Positions 17,182 through 27,729 of a DNA stretch of 64,000 bases are shown in pieces. The DNA lies in IMG/VR virus record IMGVR_UViG_3300021138_000017, positions 1-64,000 of that record; one strand, 5' to 3'. Origin of the DNA: a virus. The notes under the pieces were generated by a model that was not told the DNA's origin, did not search any database, and saw only the letters and a program-made list of their open reading frames with translations. The position numbers and the translations under genes are program-made. The first letter of the stretch is position 1. Each line of letters starts with the position of its first letter.

Positions 17182-17846
17182 AAGTATCATTAGTATCATC
17201 AAGTCAACCTAGTAAAGAATTAGCGGACCAAGGTATTGTAAATGCCCAAGAGTTAGTGGCGTATTGTGCTAGAGTAAGTAATCCCTCAAATCAGTTCAAT
17301 ACAGAAACCAGCGAAAAATTAATAAGATATCTTGTTAAACATCAACACTGGAGCCCGTTAGAAACTGTTAATGCCTGTTTAGAAATAGAAACTACTCGTG
17401 ATATCGCAAGACAAATACTTAGACATAGAAGTTTCAGCTTTCAAGAATTTTCTCAACGATACGCAGACCCTACTCGCGACCTTAAATTTACCACAAGAGA
17501 AGCCAGACTTCAAGATACCAAAAACAGACAGAACAGCGTCGAAGTTGATGATCAACTATTACAAAATGATTGGTATCGAGCTCAACAACGAGCCATCTAT
17601 GCCGCTCAAAGAGAATATGAGTGGGCTATTAATCAGGGCATAGCCAAAGAACAAGCTCGTGCTGTACTGCCCGAAGGTCTTATTGAAAGTAGGATATACA
17701 TGAATGGCACTTTGCGTTCATGGTTGCACTATGTTGAATTACGCAGTGGTCCAGAAACACAAAAAGAACACAGAGAAATTGCCATAGCCTGTGCTGGTGT
17801 ATTAGAATCAATCTTTCCAATGGCTTCGGAATTTGTTGTAAAATAA
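17178..17846 (+). CDS. thyX: flavin-dependent thymidylate synthase
   Basis: HWSPLE, RQILRHRSFSFQEFSQRY ThyX signature, EQARAVLP. Confidence 0.95.
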   Translation: MKVSLVSSSQPSKELADQGIVNAQELVAYCARVSNPSNQFNTETSEKLIRYLVKHQHWSPLETVNACLEIETTRDIARQILRHRSFSFQEFSQRYADPTRDLKFTTREARLQDTKNRQNSVEVDDQLLQNDWYRAQQRAIYAAQREYEWAINQGIAKEQARAVLPEGLIESRIYMNGTLRSWLHYVELRSGPETQKEHREIAIACAGVLESIFPMASEFVVK

Positions 17847-17870
17847 CAATTTATCTGCTATAATAGTAGT

Positions 17871-18116
17871 ATGCGTACTATTAATTTCCACAGTTTTACT
17901 ATGTCAGATGTAGAAGATCCTGAACTATATGCCGCGGTACCTTTAAGTAAATTTATGGATACTGATTTAGGTAAATGGATCAAAGCTAACTGCTTAGATC
18001 CTAGATATAGTGTTCGTCCTGATGTAAATTCCTATGGATATCGTGTGATTGTGTATGGCGAGGTTGAAGATATCTCTGCTACAGAATTTTATTTAAAGTT
18101 TCATAATGTTCAATAA
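17871..18116 (+). CDS. small protein, FxL[KR][WYF] family, leaderless
   Basis: TGcTATAAT-N6-ATG; GKWIKAN..EFYLKF. Confidence 0.7.
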   Translation: MRTINFHSFTMSDVEDPELYAAVPLSKFMDTDLGKWIKANCLDPRYSVRPDVNSYGYRVIVYGEVEDISATEFYLKFHNVQ

Positions 18117-18327
18117 ACCCTTAGACTTTTATTTAAAATGGTCAGCTAGTTTTGTAGCGTTACTACACGTTTATTTGGTAGCACACGACGTAACTCCATA
18201 TTATAAATTTTCCGGATTAACTGCCGCAATACTATGGGTATGGATCAGCATTTTATGGCGAGAACCCAGTTTAATATTATTAAATTTAATAATGATTGGC
18301 ATTTATATTAAAGGCTTACTGTTTTGA
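18106..18327 (+). CDS. small integral membrane protein
   Basis: three hydrophobic helices. Confidence 0.7.
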   Translation: MFNKPLDFYLKWSASFVALLHVYLVAHDVTPYYKFSGLTAAILWVWISILWREPSLILLNLIMIGIYIKGLLF

Positions 18328-19277
18328 AAATATTAGTTACTGGTGGATTAGGTTTCATAGGACACAATGTTGTTCGTGAGCTTGAAAATTTAAATCATAA
18401 TGTGTCTATAATAGATAACAAAACAGACTACGGGTTTATATCAAAGCAGGAATTAGATTACATAATGTTTGAACGCTTTTGTAGAATAAAAACCCGTGAT
18501 ATAAATTACAATGACATAGAAAAATTACACGTTGATTATATGTTTAAAAATGTTGACGTAGTTGTACATTTAGCCAGCTTTCCCAGACAAAGTATAGTCA
18601 ATCAAAATCCTATGGCAGGTAGTAGAGTAATGAGTGAAGGGCTATTACGGTTGTTAGAATTATCTGTAAAAAATAATGTTAAAAAGTTTGTGTATGTTAG
18701 TAGCAGTATGGTATATGGTAATTTCATCTCTACTGAAATAGATGGTATTAATGAAGACACCGATTGTTATCCTATCGGACCATATGCTATTATGAAATTA
18801 ACAGGAGAATGGTTAGTTAAAGATTACACACGTAGATTTGGCATTACTCACACAATTATACGTCCAAGTGCTGTGTATGGTCCGTATGATATCGAAAATA
18901 GAGTTGTAAGTAAATTCTTAAGTAATGCTATGCGAGGAAACGAACTTGTTGTTAAAGGTATCAATGATGAACTTGATTTTACATTTGTAGATGATGCAGC
19001 TATGGGTATTGCTTTAGCTGCCACAAGCAATAATACTGACAATACCATATACAACATTACAAAATGTCAAAGTCGAACACTTCTAGAAGCCGCAGAATTA
19101 GCAATTAAAATAGCAGGCAAAGGTTCAATACGTGTAGAATCAAGGGACGATAATTTTCCTCGTCGAGGGCAATTAAATATTGTTCGTGCCAGGAAGGATT
19201 TTGGATATCATCCTACTGTAACAATAGAGGAAGGATTTCAAACATACTATGACTGGCTTAAGAAAATCAATCACTGA
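18324..19277 (+). CDS. NAD-dependent sugar epimerase/dehydratase
   Basis: TGGLGFIG, SSSMVYG, YAIMK (YxxxK), VYGP. Confidence 0.92.
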   Translation: MKILVTGGLGFIGHNVVRELENLNHNVSIIDNKTDYGFISKQELDYIMFERFCRIKTRDINYNDIEKLHVDYMFKNVDVVVHLASFPRQSIVNQNPMAGSRVMSEGLLRLLELSVKNNVKKFVYVSSSMVYGNFISTEIDGINEDTDCYPIGPYAIMKLTGEWLVKDYTRRFGITHTIIRPSAVYGPYDIENRVVSKFLSNAMRGNELVVKGINDELDFTFVDDAAMGIALAATSNNTDNTIYNITKCQSRTLLEAAELAIKIAGKGSIRVESRDDNFPRRGQLNIVRARKDFGYHPTVTIEEGFQTYYDWLKKINH

Positions 19278-20445
19278 TAAAATACATTATATTCCAACAG
19301 AGGAAGTAGAAAAAATAGTATGGAATGGCGATAGTGTTGAATATGATACAGCATTGTATGAATTAGGAAAAAACTACGATGAATTTATTGTTTTAAATCC
19401 AGCATTTTCCTTTTTGACACTAAAAGAAGAATTGCCTATCACTGCAGTAGTGGATAGTTGTATTACTTGGAAATATCAGGATTCATGGGTAGGAAAATAT
19501 TTTACAAAAAACTGGATCAACGAAAAACAATACCACGAAGTAAATCTAAATCTTATATGTAAAAAAAATGCCGCTTTTAAAAATATAAAGTTTAATGACA
19601 TTGCTGTTACTGATTTATATAATTTAAAATATCAAATGGTGTGGTACTTAGACAACAAATTTACAGAAGAAAAAATTTGGGTATACAAGTGCTATTTAGA
19701 AAATATAGAAACAAAAGGAACTAAATACATGGGATCCATAAGTCCTATAGACAGGTCAGCAAAAACCCCGGATGTTGTTTTTATCAGTTACAATGAAGTA
19801 AACGCCGAAGAGAATTGGCTACGTGTTTTAACTAAAGCACCCAATGCTAAACGTGTAAATGGTATCAAAGGTATTGTAAATGCCCATAAACAAGCTGCTG
19901 AACTATCTTCTACAGATATGTTTTATGTTGTCGATGGAGATGCTTACTTAACCGATGACTTCAATTTTGATTTTCAACCTGATATATTTAATAGAGAATG
20001 TGTTTATGTTTGGACTAGTCAAAATCCCATTAACAATTTAACCTATGGGTACGGCGGGGTAAAACTATTACCAAAAGATTTAGTACTTAAAGTAAACCAG
20101 TCTACAATAGACATGACTACAAATATAAGTCGCAAGTTTAAAATTTTTAATCAAGTAAGTAACATTACTAGATTTAACACAGATGAATTTAACACATTTC
20201 GTAGTGCGTTTAGAGAGTGTGCTAAGTTATCTTCTAGAATATTTTTACAAGAAGACTATTTAAAAAATAAAGAAAGATTAACAGTTTGGTGTACAGAAGG
20301 TTTTGATAAACCCTATGGTGAATGGGCTATCAAAGGAGCTTTAGCTGGCAAAAAATACGGTGAAGAAAATATCAATAATCCCGACAGTATTAGACTAATT
20401 AATAGTTTAGAATTTATAAAATTAAAATTTGAAGAGTTAATGTGA
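19249..20445 (+). CDS. glycosyltransferase-like (GT-A C-terminal domain)
   Basis: FISYNE..AHK.AA..VVDGD..YGYGG; paralog of 34259-35194. Confidence 0.7.
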   Translation: MTGLRKSITDKIHYIPTEEVEKIVWNGDSVEYDTALYELGKNYDEFIVLNPAFSFLTLKEELPITAVVDSCITWKYQDSWVGKYFTKNWINEKQYHEVNLNLICKKNAAFKNIKFNDIAVTDLYNLKYQMVWYLDNKFTEEKIWVYKCYLENIETKGTKYMGSISPIDRSAKTPDVVFISYNEVNAEENWLRVLTKAPNAKRVNGIKGIVNAHKQAAELSSTDMFYVVDGDAYLTDDFNFDFQPDIFNRECVYVWTSQNPINNLTYGYGGVKLLPKDLVLKVNQSTIDMTTNISRKFKIFNQVSNITRFNTDEFNTFRSAFRECAKLSSRIFLQEDYLKNKERLTVWCTEGFDKPYGEWAIKGALAGKKYGEENINNPDSIRLINSLEFIKLKFEELM

Positions 20446-21317
20446 TTAAAAAAATTATATACATCCTAGCATTTATTTTACCTTCGCTTACTTTAGCAGA
20501 AAATATAACAATTATTGTTCCGTTTTCTGCTGGGGGAGCGTTTGATATTATGGCAAGAAAAGTTGACTCTTTTCTACATAAGTTAAATTACGAAACAGTT
20601 GTAGTAGATATACCCGGAGCAGGTGGAGCTGTGGGTGTTACTAAATTACTTAATAGTCCGCCAAATACTTTGATGTTAACTAGCCCTTCAATTTATGTTG
20701 TAATGATTGAAAAAAATTTAGCATTGGATAATTTTAAAATAATATCAATTATGGGAGAAGTTCCGCAAATTTTAGCTGTACGCAAAGATCGCAATTTAAC
20801 TTGCGAAAAATTAAAAAACGATGATAAGACTTATTTTTTAGGGTCAGCTGGCAAGGATAGTCAAACATCTGTTCCTGTTTATTTTATCACAGAAAAGTAT
20901 AAACACTTTATCGAAGTTCCATATAAAGGAGCTAATCTTGCTTTATTGGATGTATTATCTGGACAAATAGATGGTGTTTTTCTTAATGGATATAGTAATC
21001 AATATAAAGAAATTGAATTTATAGCAAATAGTTCTCAAAAAGAATTTGATGGCATACCTTCACTGGAAAAATGTTTTGGAATTAAAAAATCTTTTGTAGG
21101 AGAATACCTACTGATAGCTAGTCCTAACAGCGATGAAAAGTTTATCAAAAACATGAATCAAATGATGATAAACTTTGCTAATAGCGATGAAGGTCAAACC
21201 TACTATAAACAAGTAGGAATAAAAAATACAGTTTCAGATTTAGCATCTACAACCAAAACTTTTAAAAATTCATATAATCTATGGAAACAAATTTTAAAAA
21301 ACAGGTACGAAAAATGA
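20442..21317 (+). CDS. Bug/TctC tripartite tricarboxylate transporter substrate-binding protein
   Basis: signal peptide; IIVPFSAGGAFD, PGAGG, VPYKG, DVLSGQID. Confidence 0.88.
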   Translation: MIKKIIYILAFILPSLTLAENITIIVPFSAGGAFDIMARKVDSFLHKLNYETVVVDIPGAGGAVGVTKLLNSPPNTLMLTSPSIYVVMIEKNLALDNFKIISIMGEVPQILAVRKDRNLTCEKLKNDDKTYFLGSAGKDSQTSVPVYFITEKYKHFIEVPYKGANLALLDVLSGQIDGVFLNGYSNQYKEIEFIANSSQKEFDGIPSLEKCFGIKKSFVGEYLLIASPNSDEKFIKNMNQMMINFANSDEGQTYYKQVGIKNTVSDLASTTKTFKNSYNLWKQILKNRYEK

Positions 21318-21376
21318 ATTTAAAGTATAAGACTAACTAGATCATACTAAATATTACATTATAGGAGAATAGCAAA

Positions 21377-21685
21377 ATGCCAGTTAAAGCAACCATAACA
21401 TCAGTTAAACCTTCAGGAGCACAATGGTTTTCAGACGTATCTGCCGAAAATGCCGCAATAGGAAAAAGTAATGTAGACTGGTCAAAAGAACAACCAGGAT
21501 TTATCAGCGTAACAACCACAAATCCTGATGAGAATACAAGAATTATAGAATATACGTTTGATACTGTAGAAAATTATACAGCATGGTTACAGGCAAGAAG
21601 TAATTTATCATCTTTTAAAACAGTTGCCGAATACCACACTAATAATAATTTTGTTACTGTTAGACACGAAACAATTAATCAATAA
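21377..21685 (+). CDS. small protein, possible dimeric alpha-beta barrel (ABM-like)
   Basis: TAAATA promoter and AGGAG RBS; QPGFIS..FDTVENYTAW pattern. Confidence 0.6.
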   Translation: MPVKATITSVKPSGAQWFSDVSAENAAIGKSNVDWSKEQPGFISVTTTNPDENTRIIEYTFDTVENYTAWLQARSNLSSFKTVAEYHTNNNFVTVRHETINQ

Positions 21686-21746
21686 ATCTATTGTATAGCC
21701 CTAAGTAAATTATAAATATGAACATGATTACCAGGTTCATAAAATA

Positions 21747-22988
21747 ATGTTTTTTTCTGAAGATCCAGAATTCACTAAACACGGCTACTATCAAATTAAC
21801 GATGTAAAAACTTTGAGTAAGTTTGAAGCTTATCAATTATCGGGAAAAGATTGGAGTAAAATTAAATTTATTTTCAACGATGAAATTTATGATCAATACG
21901 ATTGGACCGTTGAACCAGAAGAAGATATTTATGATTTATATTGCCAAAGAGCCCAGCAATTAAGAGAAAAATATGACTATCTTGTTTTAATGTATAGCGG
22001 AGGAGTTGATAGTCATACCGTATTAGAAACTTTTTTATTCAATAATATCAAATTAGACGAAGTATGTACTTTTTCTACGTCTGATTTTACTAAAAAATAT
22101 GACAAATTAAATCAAGAAGTTTTTAATTCGGCTATACCTTTTATCAACACATTAAATTTACATCAATTAGGTATAAATTTTAGAACGGTAGAGATAGGTC
22201 AATTAATCATAGACCAATGGGATGATGAATTCCATTTTGAAAATTTTCAATTTTACGCCAACAGTGCTCAATGGATTACTGTTTCTAGATCACATCAATT
22301 TAAATCTAAGATTAAAGAACACATGGATTTAATTGAAAAAGGAAAAACAGTTTGTTATATTTGGGGAGCAGATAAACCTAGTATACATATACAAGATAAT
22401 CAATATGTTTTTACAGTCAACGACGCTAGTATAGATTTTGGCACCAGGCAGTATGTTACTAGATCAATAATGAAAGATAATTTCTTTAATTTTTATGATG
22501 AAGCATTTTATATATCAAAAGATGCTCCAAAAATTTCTATTAAACAATCTCATTTATTAGTAAAATTAATGAAAACTATTCCTATAAGTGATTCTAGATT
22601 ACGGAAAAAAACAGAATTATCAAGTACAGGACCATTTGTTATTCATCACAAAATACAAAACATTCCTATTTATCTAAGTAAAAAGACAGTAGATGGTGCT
22701 ATATATCCAAAAGCAATATTGAGTAACTTTGGAGATGATAAATTATATAACTCTAGTTTAATACTTTCTCCCAAAGATAATTGGTTTTCTTTATCTAATC
22801 ACTCCAATCGTTGGAAATTTGAACAAAAAGTAAAAAATTTAATAAATGAAAATAGAAATTATTACAAATACGATCATTACGCTCCTAATTATAGACTTTT
22901 TAAACAGGAAGAATATAAAAATATTATTCCAAATCATGCCATGTATTTTTTTAGCAAATACCATGTGATTGGAGATATTGTACAGTAA
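21747..22988 (+). CDS. PP-loop (asparagine-synthase-like) ATP pyrophosphatase, subfamily A
   Basis: LMYSGGVDS; paralog of 25914-27122. Confidence 0.75.
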   Translation: MFFSEDPEFTKHGYYQINDVKTLSKFEAYQLSGKDWSKIKFIFNDEIYDQYDWTVEPEEDIYDLYCQRAQQLREKYDYLVLMYSGGVDSHTVLETFLFNNIKLDEVCTFSTSDFTKKYDKLNQEVFNSAIPFINTLNLHQLGINFRTVEIGQLIIDQWDDEFHFENFQFYANSAQWITVSRSHQFKSKIKEHMDLIEKGKTVCYIWGADKPSIHIQDNQYVFTVNDASIDFGTRQYVTRSIMKDNFFNFYDEAFYISKDAPKISIKQSHLLVKLMKTIPISDSRLRKKTELSSTGPFVIHHKIQNIPIYLSKKTVDGAIYPKAILSNFGDDKLYNSSLILSPKDNWFSLSNHSNRWKFEQKVKNLINENRNYYKYDHYAPNYRLFKQEEYKNIIPNHAMYFFSKYHVIGDIVQ

Positions 22989-24088
22989 TGAATATAGTTA
23001 TTTTAGATCCCCAAACTACTCATACCGATTTTATAGCTCAAAGTTTAGCAAAATATCATACTGTGTTTACTGAAATAGAAAACATAAACGTTAAAACTGA
23101 TCTTGTAATTCCCTTATTACACAACTACCAAATGCGTTTAAAATTTAGAGCTTGGATCAATAAATTGAAAATTCCTTGCTTAATGCCAAGTCTTGAAAAT
23201 TCTTATCTTGAATGGAGTAAAATTAAATCTAAACAACTTTTACTAGAATTGGGAATACCAACTCCTTCTTATAAAATATATACCACAGAAGATCTTTTAG
23301 TAAATTTTTATAATATTCCTAGACCGTTTGTATTAAAGTATGAACAAGATTTTAGGTTTGGGCTACAAACTATTATTATTACTGATGAAAACTATAAAGA
23401 AGAATATGAAAAATTAATAGCTAATGGATTAGAAAGAATAGAAATAATGAAATACAAAGGTCCATTTGTTAATTTGTTTATTGTAGAAGAATATATAAAT
23501 GGTGAAGAGGAAATATCATACCATGCTCTTTGTAATGAACATCAGTGGTCTTATTTAGGCTCTGCTAGAGATTACAAACGTAGATATGAAAATGATATAG
23601 GATACAACACAGACGGTATGGGGTCATATTCTATAGGAAATAATTATCCAATCATTGACCAATATGCCAATTCTATTATACAACACTTGAAATCACAAGG
23701 CAACCCGTATATGGGATTTTTTTATCTAGGAATAATTATTTCAAATGGTGTTCCATTTGTATTAGAGATAAATACAAGACCCGGCTGTCCAGAAATACAA
23801 TCTATTCTTCCAACTATAGATAACGAATTAGGAGATTTATTTTTATCGGTAGCAACCAATAAACCATTTGATATAAAGTTTAATGATAAAAAAGCAGTAA
23901 CAGTCCTTGTTCAAGGAAAATTAAAAAACAAACCAATAGATTTAATTTGTGGTTGTTCAAAAACTAGAGACGAGTTTACACTAACCGCTATAGACACTAC
24001 GATAACAAATGCTAGCGACAAAATTTACAATTATTTAAAATTGCTTGATAACTGCGAGTATAGAAAAGATATAGGATACCTTAAATAA
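22988..24088 (+). CDS. ATP-grasp ligase, diverged PurD/GAR-synthetase-like
   Basis: LEWSK..SK..L..LGIPT, IVEEYING, RDYKR..GYNTDGMG, LEINTRPGCPEIQ, YRKDIG. Confidence 0.8.
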   Translation: MNIVILDPQTTHTDFIAQSLAKYHTVFTEIENINVKTDLVIPLLHNYQMRLKFRAWINKLKIPCLMPSLENSYLEWSKIKSKQLLLELGIPTPSYKIYTTEDLLVNFYNIPRPFVLKYEQDFRFGLQTIIITDENYKEEYEKLIANGLERIEIMKYKGPFVNLFIVEEYINGEEEISYHALCNEHQWSYLGSARDYKRRYENDIGYNTDGMGSYSIGNNYPIIDQYANSIIQHLKSQGNPYMGFFYLGIIISNGVPFVLEINTRPGCPEIQSILPTIDNELGDLFLSVATNKPFDIKFNDKKAVTVLVQGKLKNKPIDLICGCSKTRDEFTLTAIDTTITNASDKIYNYLKLLDNCEYRKDIGYLK

Positions 24089-24149
24089 AAACTAACTACT
24101 ATATGAATCAAGTTATAACTTATTTGAAATTAACGGAATTATTTTAAAA

Positions 24150-24992
24150 ATGATTTTTAAAAACTATGCTGAAATTTTAGCCCACTATACTTCGGTAAAA
24201 AAAGGAAATTATGTTACTCCTGATTATATACTGAATAAACACAGCGATGGTATAAATTTATTTCGTAGATATTGTCCACATAGAATGTATCCTTTGGCCG
24301 ATGTAGGCAATACAGTAGAAAATATTGTGTGTAAATTCCACGGATTTGAGTGGGACAAAAATGGATCTCCGGTTAACAATGATCGTAAGATAAGTTGCGG
24401 TAAAGCAAAAATTGGAAAATCTGGATTAATATTTAAAAATTTTGTTGAACCAGATCACTACTGGGTAGATGATTTAGCAAAAGAAACTAATTTAGAGTAT
24501 AGCCATATTGAAACAGGTAAAAGTAACGGAAGTTGGCTATGGGCAATGGATATACAATCTGACCTGTTACATATTCGCAAAGGTGATGATGTTGTTCACC
24601 CAGGATTGTCTGCTGTTACTAATTTAGACGAATGCGAAATGGAACAAGGAGAAGGATGGATATTACAAACTTGTTCTACCGGCTGGTGGCTTTTTATATA
24701 TCCATATGCTTACGTTGAATGGAGTCCAGGCTGTTTAGCAATTAATAATCTCATACCAGATAATCCAGCAAGCGAATTTAAATTTGAATGGATAACACAG
24801 TATTATTATGACCCATCTGTGTCTTTGGAAAAACGCAAAGAATTTGAAACTTTAGAAGATGTGTTTAAAGAAGACATAGCTACCATTGAGTTACAAAAAG
24901 GTAAATATTTTCCTTTAGCCAAATCTACATGTAGATTAGAAGAACACTCTGTTTACTTTGGCGAGTGGGTAACTAAAAATCGCAGGGATTAA
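24150..24992 (+). CDS. Rieske non-heme iron oxygenase (alpha-subunit-like)
   Basis: CPHR..CKFHG Rieske motif; DLLH..VHP and ED..IE..Q mononuclear-iron motifs. Confidence 0.8.
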   Translation: MIFKNYAEILAHYTSVKKGNYVTPDYILNKHSDGINLFRRYCPHRMYPLADVGNTVENIVCKFHGFEWDKNGSPVNNDRKISCGKAKIGKSGLIFKNFVEPDHYWVDDLAKETNLEYSHIETGKSNGSWLWAMDIQSDLLHIRKGDDVVHPGLSAVTNLDECEMEQGEGWILQTCSTGWWLFIYPYAYVEWSPGCLAINNLIPDNPASEFKFEWITQYYYDPSVSLEKRKEFETLEDVFKEDIATIELQKGKYFPLAKSTCRLEEHSVYFGEWVTKNRRD

Positions 24993-24995
24993 ATT

Positions 24996-25910
24996 ATGAT
25001 AAGACACAATAATTGGATGTCATATAGCTTTGATGATGGATCAATAAATGGGGCCAAACCTAATATGTATTCAACATTCAAACTTCATTTCAAAAAGGGA
25101 CTAAAATATAAAACTATGTCTTACTATGATGCTTTATACTATAATGCTAGTGTAATGCGTGATGAGTTTTCGGAACCTTTTGATGTATTGCTATCAGGCG
25201 GAATTGATAGTGAAGTTGTTGTGAGAGTTTTTAAAGATTTAGGCATTAAACAAAATGTTTTTACTATTAGATTTGAAAATGATCATAATATACAAGATGT
25301 AGAAGCTGCCAAGAAAATTTGCGATAATATAGGTGTTGACTTAAAAATCATTGACTGGAATCTACAAAAGTTTTTTGAAAATGATGTTCAGGTAATGTTT
25401 GATAAAACATTTTGCCCTTATGTTGGAAGAATGTTACGGCATGCTTGGTTTGATTTACTTGACAATATTCCAGTTATGGCCGAGGGAGAACCGTATTGGA
25501 GACGAGAGCTACTTGAAGATTATACACAAAAGTCTGAATGGAAACTATGGTGGAGAGAAGATTATTTTACTGCCTCTATATACGGCAATACTGTAGGCAG
25601 AACCGTTATCACTGAATGGTACAATTATACTCCTGAAATAGTAATGAATTATCATCATTTACCTTTAGCCAAACAGTTGCTCAATGATGAATTTAAAGGA
25701 AAAATTAGTTGTTGGAGTAGTAGAATACCTATACATCAACACTTATGGCCTGATATATTACAAAGACCTAAAATGTACGGGTACGAAGGACCAAATCAAC
25801 CTGGGTACTGGCCCGAGTTTATTAGAACATTTGCCAATAATGTGTCACTCAAAGCATCTAACGAACTGTATAAATTTTCTGTATCTGAATTAGAAAACAT
25901 CTTTAACTAA
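24996..25910 (+). CDS. PP-loop ATP pyrophosphatase, subfamily B
   Basis: LLSGGIDSE; EWYNYTPE; paralog of 28541-29467. Confidence 0.75.
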   Translation: MIRHNNWMSYSFDDGSINGAKPNMYSTFKLHFKKGLKYKTMSYYDALYYNASVMRDEFSEPFDVLLSGGIDSEVVVRVFKDLGIKQNVFTIRFENDHNIQDVEAAKKICDNIGVDLKIIDWNLQKFFENDVQVMFDKTFCPYVGRMLRHAWFDLLDNIPVMAEGEPYWRRELLEDYTQKSEWKLWWREDYFTASIYGNTVGRTVITEWYNYTPEIVMNYHHLPLAKQLLNDEFKGKISCWSSRIPIHQHLWPDILQRPKMYGYEGPNQPGYWPEFIRTFANNVSLKASNELYKFSVSELENIFN

Positions 25911-25913
25911 ATT

Positions 25914-27122
25914 ATGTTTTTTGAAAACGATATTGACTTTGTCAAATTTGGATACTATCAAGTTGATAATATAAAAACTTTTAGCAAGTTTGAAGCTTAT
26001 CAATTTGCTAAAGGAGACATGAGTAAAATTCAATTTATATTTAATGACGATATTATGTCTCAATATGATTGGACGATAGAGCCCGAAAAAGATATTTACG
26101 AACTGTACGCTGAAAGGGCTAGACAAATACGTAACAAATATGACTATCTAGTATTATTGTACAGCGGCGGTATAGATAGCCACACAGTATTAAAATCATT
26201 TTTAGACAATAATATACACCTAGATGAAATTTTTACATTTACTAATGCCAAAGTAGAATCAACAACAGGTAAATTTAATCAAGAAGTTTTTAATGCCGCT
26301 ATTCCATTTGTAAGTTCTCTTAATCTTGTCAAACTGGGAACCAAGTTTAGACTATTTGATATTAGCGATTTAATTATTAATATGTATCAAGACGATTTTG
26401 TCGTTGAAAATTATCATTTGTATAATCAAGGTCCTGCCAATAACTGGACTAGCGCCATAAGATCTCATGTACTTAAATCTAAAGTAGAAGATCATTTAAA
26501 ATTAACAGAACAAGGCAAAACTGTTTGTTATATATGGGGTTTTGATAAACCCTTTTTACGATTCGATAATAATAAATATTCTATTTCTTTTATAGATGCT
26601 TGTATTGATTTAAATATGAGACAATTTATAAACAAAAAAACGTTTATATCTAAATTCGCAAACTTTTTCGATGAAGCATTTTACACCTGCCGAGAATTTC
26701 CAGAAATATCTATTAAACAAGGTCATTTGCTATTGAAATTAATTAAAACCATCAAACCTACTGATAAAATATTACGATTTAAAGAAGAAATTCCAACTAT
26801 TGGACCATTTGTAATACATCATTACAAAGAACAGTATAAATTTTTACCAAAAAATCTAGTCGATGCCGCAATTTATCCAGAGGCAAATTTACTACAATTT
26901 GGCGATGATAAAACTAAAGGTAGTATTATTATTCCGCAAAAAGATAAATGGTTCACTAGTTCTAATCATGATAATCAAAAAAGATGGTTTCAAAATTTTA
27001 ATAATTTAATAAAACAAAATAAAAACTTTTATGTATTTCGAAACAATGAAGTTATGAATATAAAGAGCATTTTTAGTAAACAGTATTGTATAGGTGAATA
27101 CAATCCTTTTGAGAATACCTAA
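25914..27122 (+). CDS. PP-loop ATP pyrophosphatase, subfamily A
   Basis: LLYSGGIDS; collinear with 21747-22988. Confidence 0.75.
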   Translation: MFFENDIDFVKFGYYQVDNIKTFSKFEAYQFAKGDMSKIQFIFNDDIMSQYDWTIEPEKDIYELYAERARQIRNKYDYLVLLYSGGIDSHTVLKSFLDNNIHLDEIFTFTNAKVESTTGKFNQEVFNAAIPFVSSLNLVKLGTKFRLFDISDLIINMYQDDFVVENYHLYNQGPANNWTSAIRSHVLKSKVEDHLKLTEQGKTVCYIWGFDKPFLRFDNNKYSISFIDACIDLNMRQFINKKTFISKFANFFDEAFYTCREFPEISIKQGHLLLKLIKTIKPTDKILRFKEEIPTIGPFVIHHYKEQYKFLPKNLVDAAIYPEANLLQFGDDKTKGSIIIPQKDKWFTSSNHDNQKRWFQNFNNLIKQNKNFYVFRNNEVMNIKSIFSKQYCIGEYNPFENT

Positions 27123-27124
27123 GA

Positions 27125-27703
27125 TTATTCAATAAGCATAAAACTTTTCATATTGCTTTTCCACACTGACTCACCTTTATTAGTTAAGTAATGCGTCATT
27201 ACCAATTGCTTACAACTCTCGGGTACAGGATATAATGACCCGCAGACATTATATCTAGTTGACTCCATAGCAAAGTCTGTGTTAGTATTAATTTTAATTA
27301 ACTTTAGGTACTCTGTAAAGCCTCGCAAATTATATTCTCTGCTGATAAACACACAATCTAACTTTTTTATTTTTGCCATAGCCAACTGAAATGGTAAACA
27401 GTATGTAGTGTTTAAAAATTTATCTCCTCCACTAAACTTACCAGAATGGCGATAGTCTGGATGTATCCACATTCTAGTACTACATCTACCGATACCTTTT
27501 CCCCATCGTTCTTCGTTTATTTCCAAGGCACTGAAGCAGACAATTTTGTCATCAATAGTTACCACTGGAAAAGATGCGTAGTTTCTAGGGTTTAGATTGA
27601 TGTAATTGTTTTTTAATTTATCTTTAGAATTTTCAATGTAGTCTTGACAATTATTCCATAAATCTTGGTCGAAACTACTAGCATAATCAACTATTTTAAT
27701 CAT
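27125..27703 (-). CDS. GNAT-fold acyltransferase-like (start corrected to 27703)
   Basis: IVCFSA..RMWIHPDYRH motif A-like; TAAATA-N7-ATG. Confidence 0.6.
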   Translation of the reverse strand: MIKIVDYASSFDQDLWNNCQDYIENSKDKLKNNYINLNPRNYASFPVVTIDDKIVCFSALEINEERWGKGIGRCSTRMWIHPDYRHSGKFSGGDKFLNTTYCLPFQLAMAKIKKLDCVFISREYNLRGFTEYLKLIKINTNTDFAMESTRYNVCGSLYPVPESCKQLVMTHYLTNKGESVWKSNMKSFMLIE

Positions 27704-27729
27704 TGTTTGATATTTACTTAAATATTTAA

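Noticed and set aside
21377-21685. Classical lasso/RiPP precursor peptide
   Set aside because: No evident leader/core structure, RRE or leader peptidase; looks like a folded alpha/beta domain (kept only as a hypothesis)
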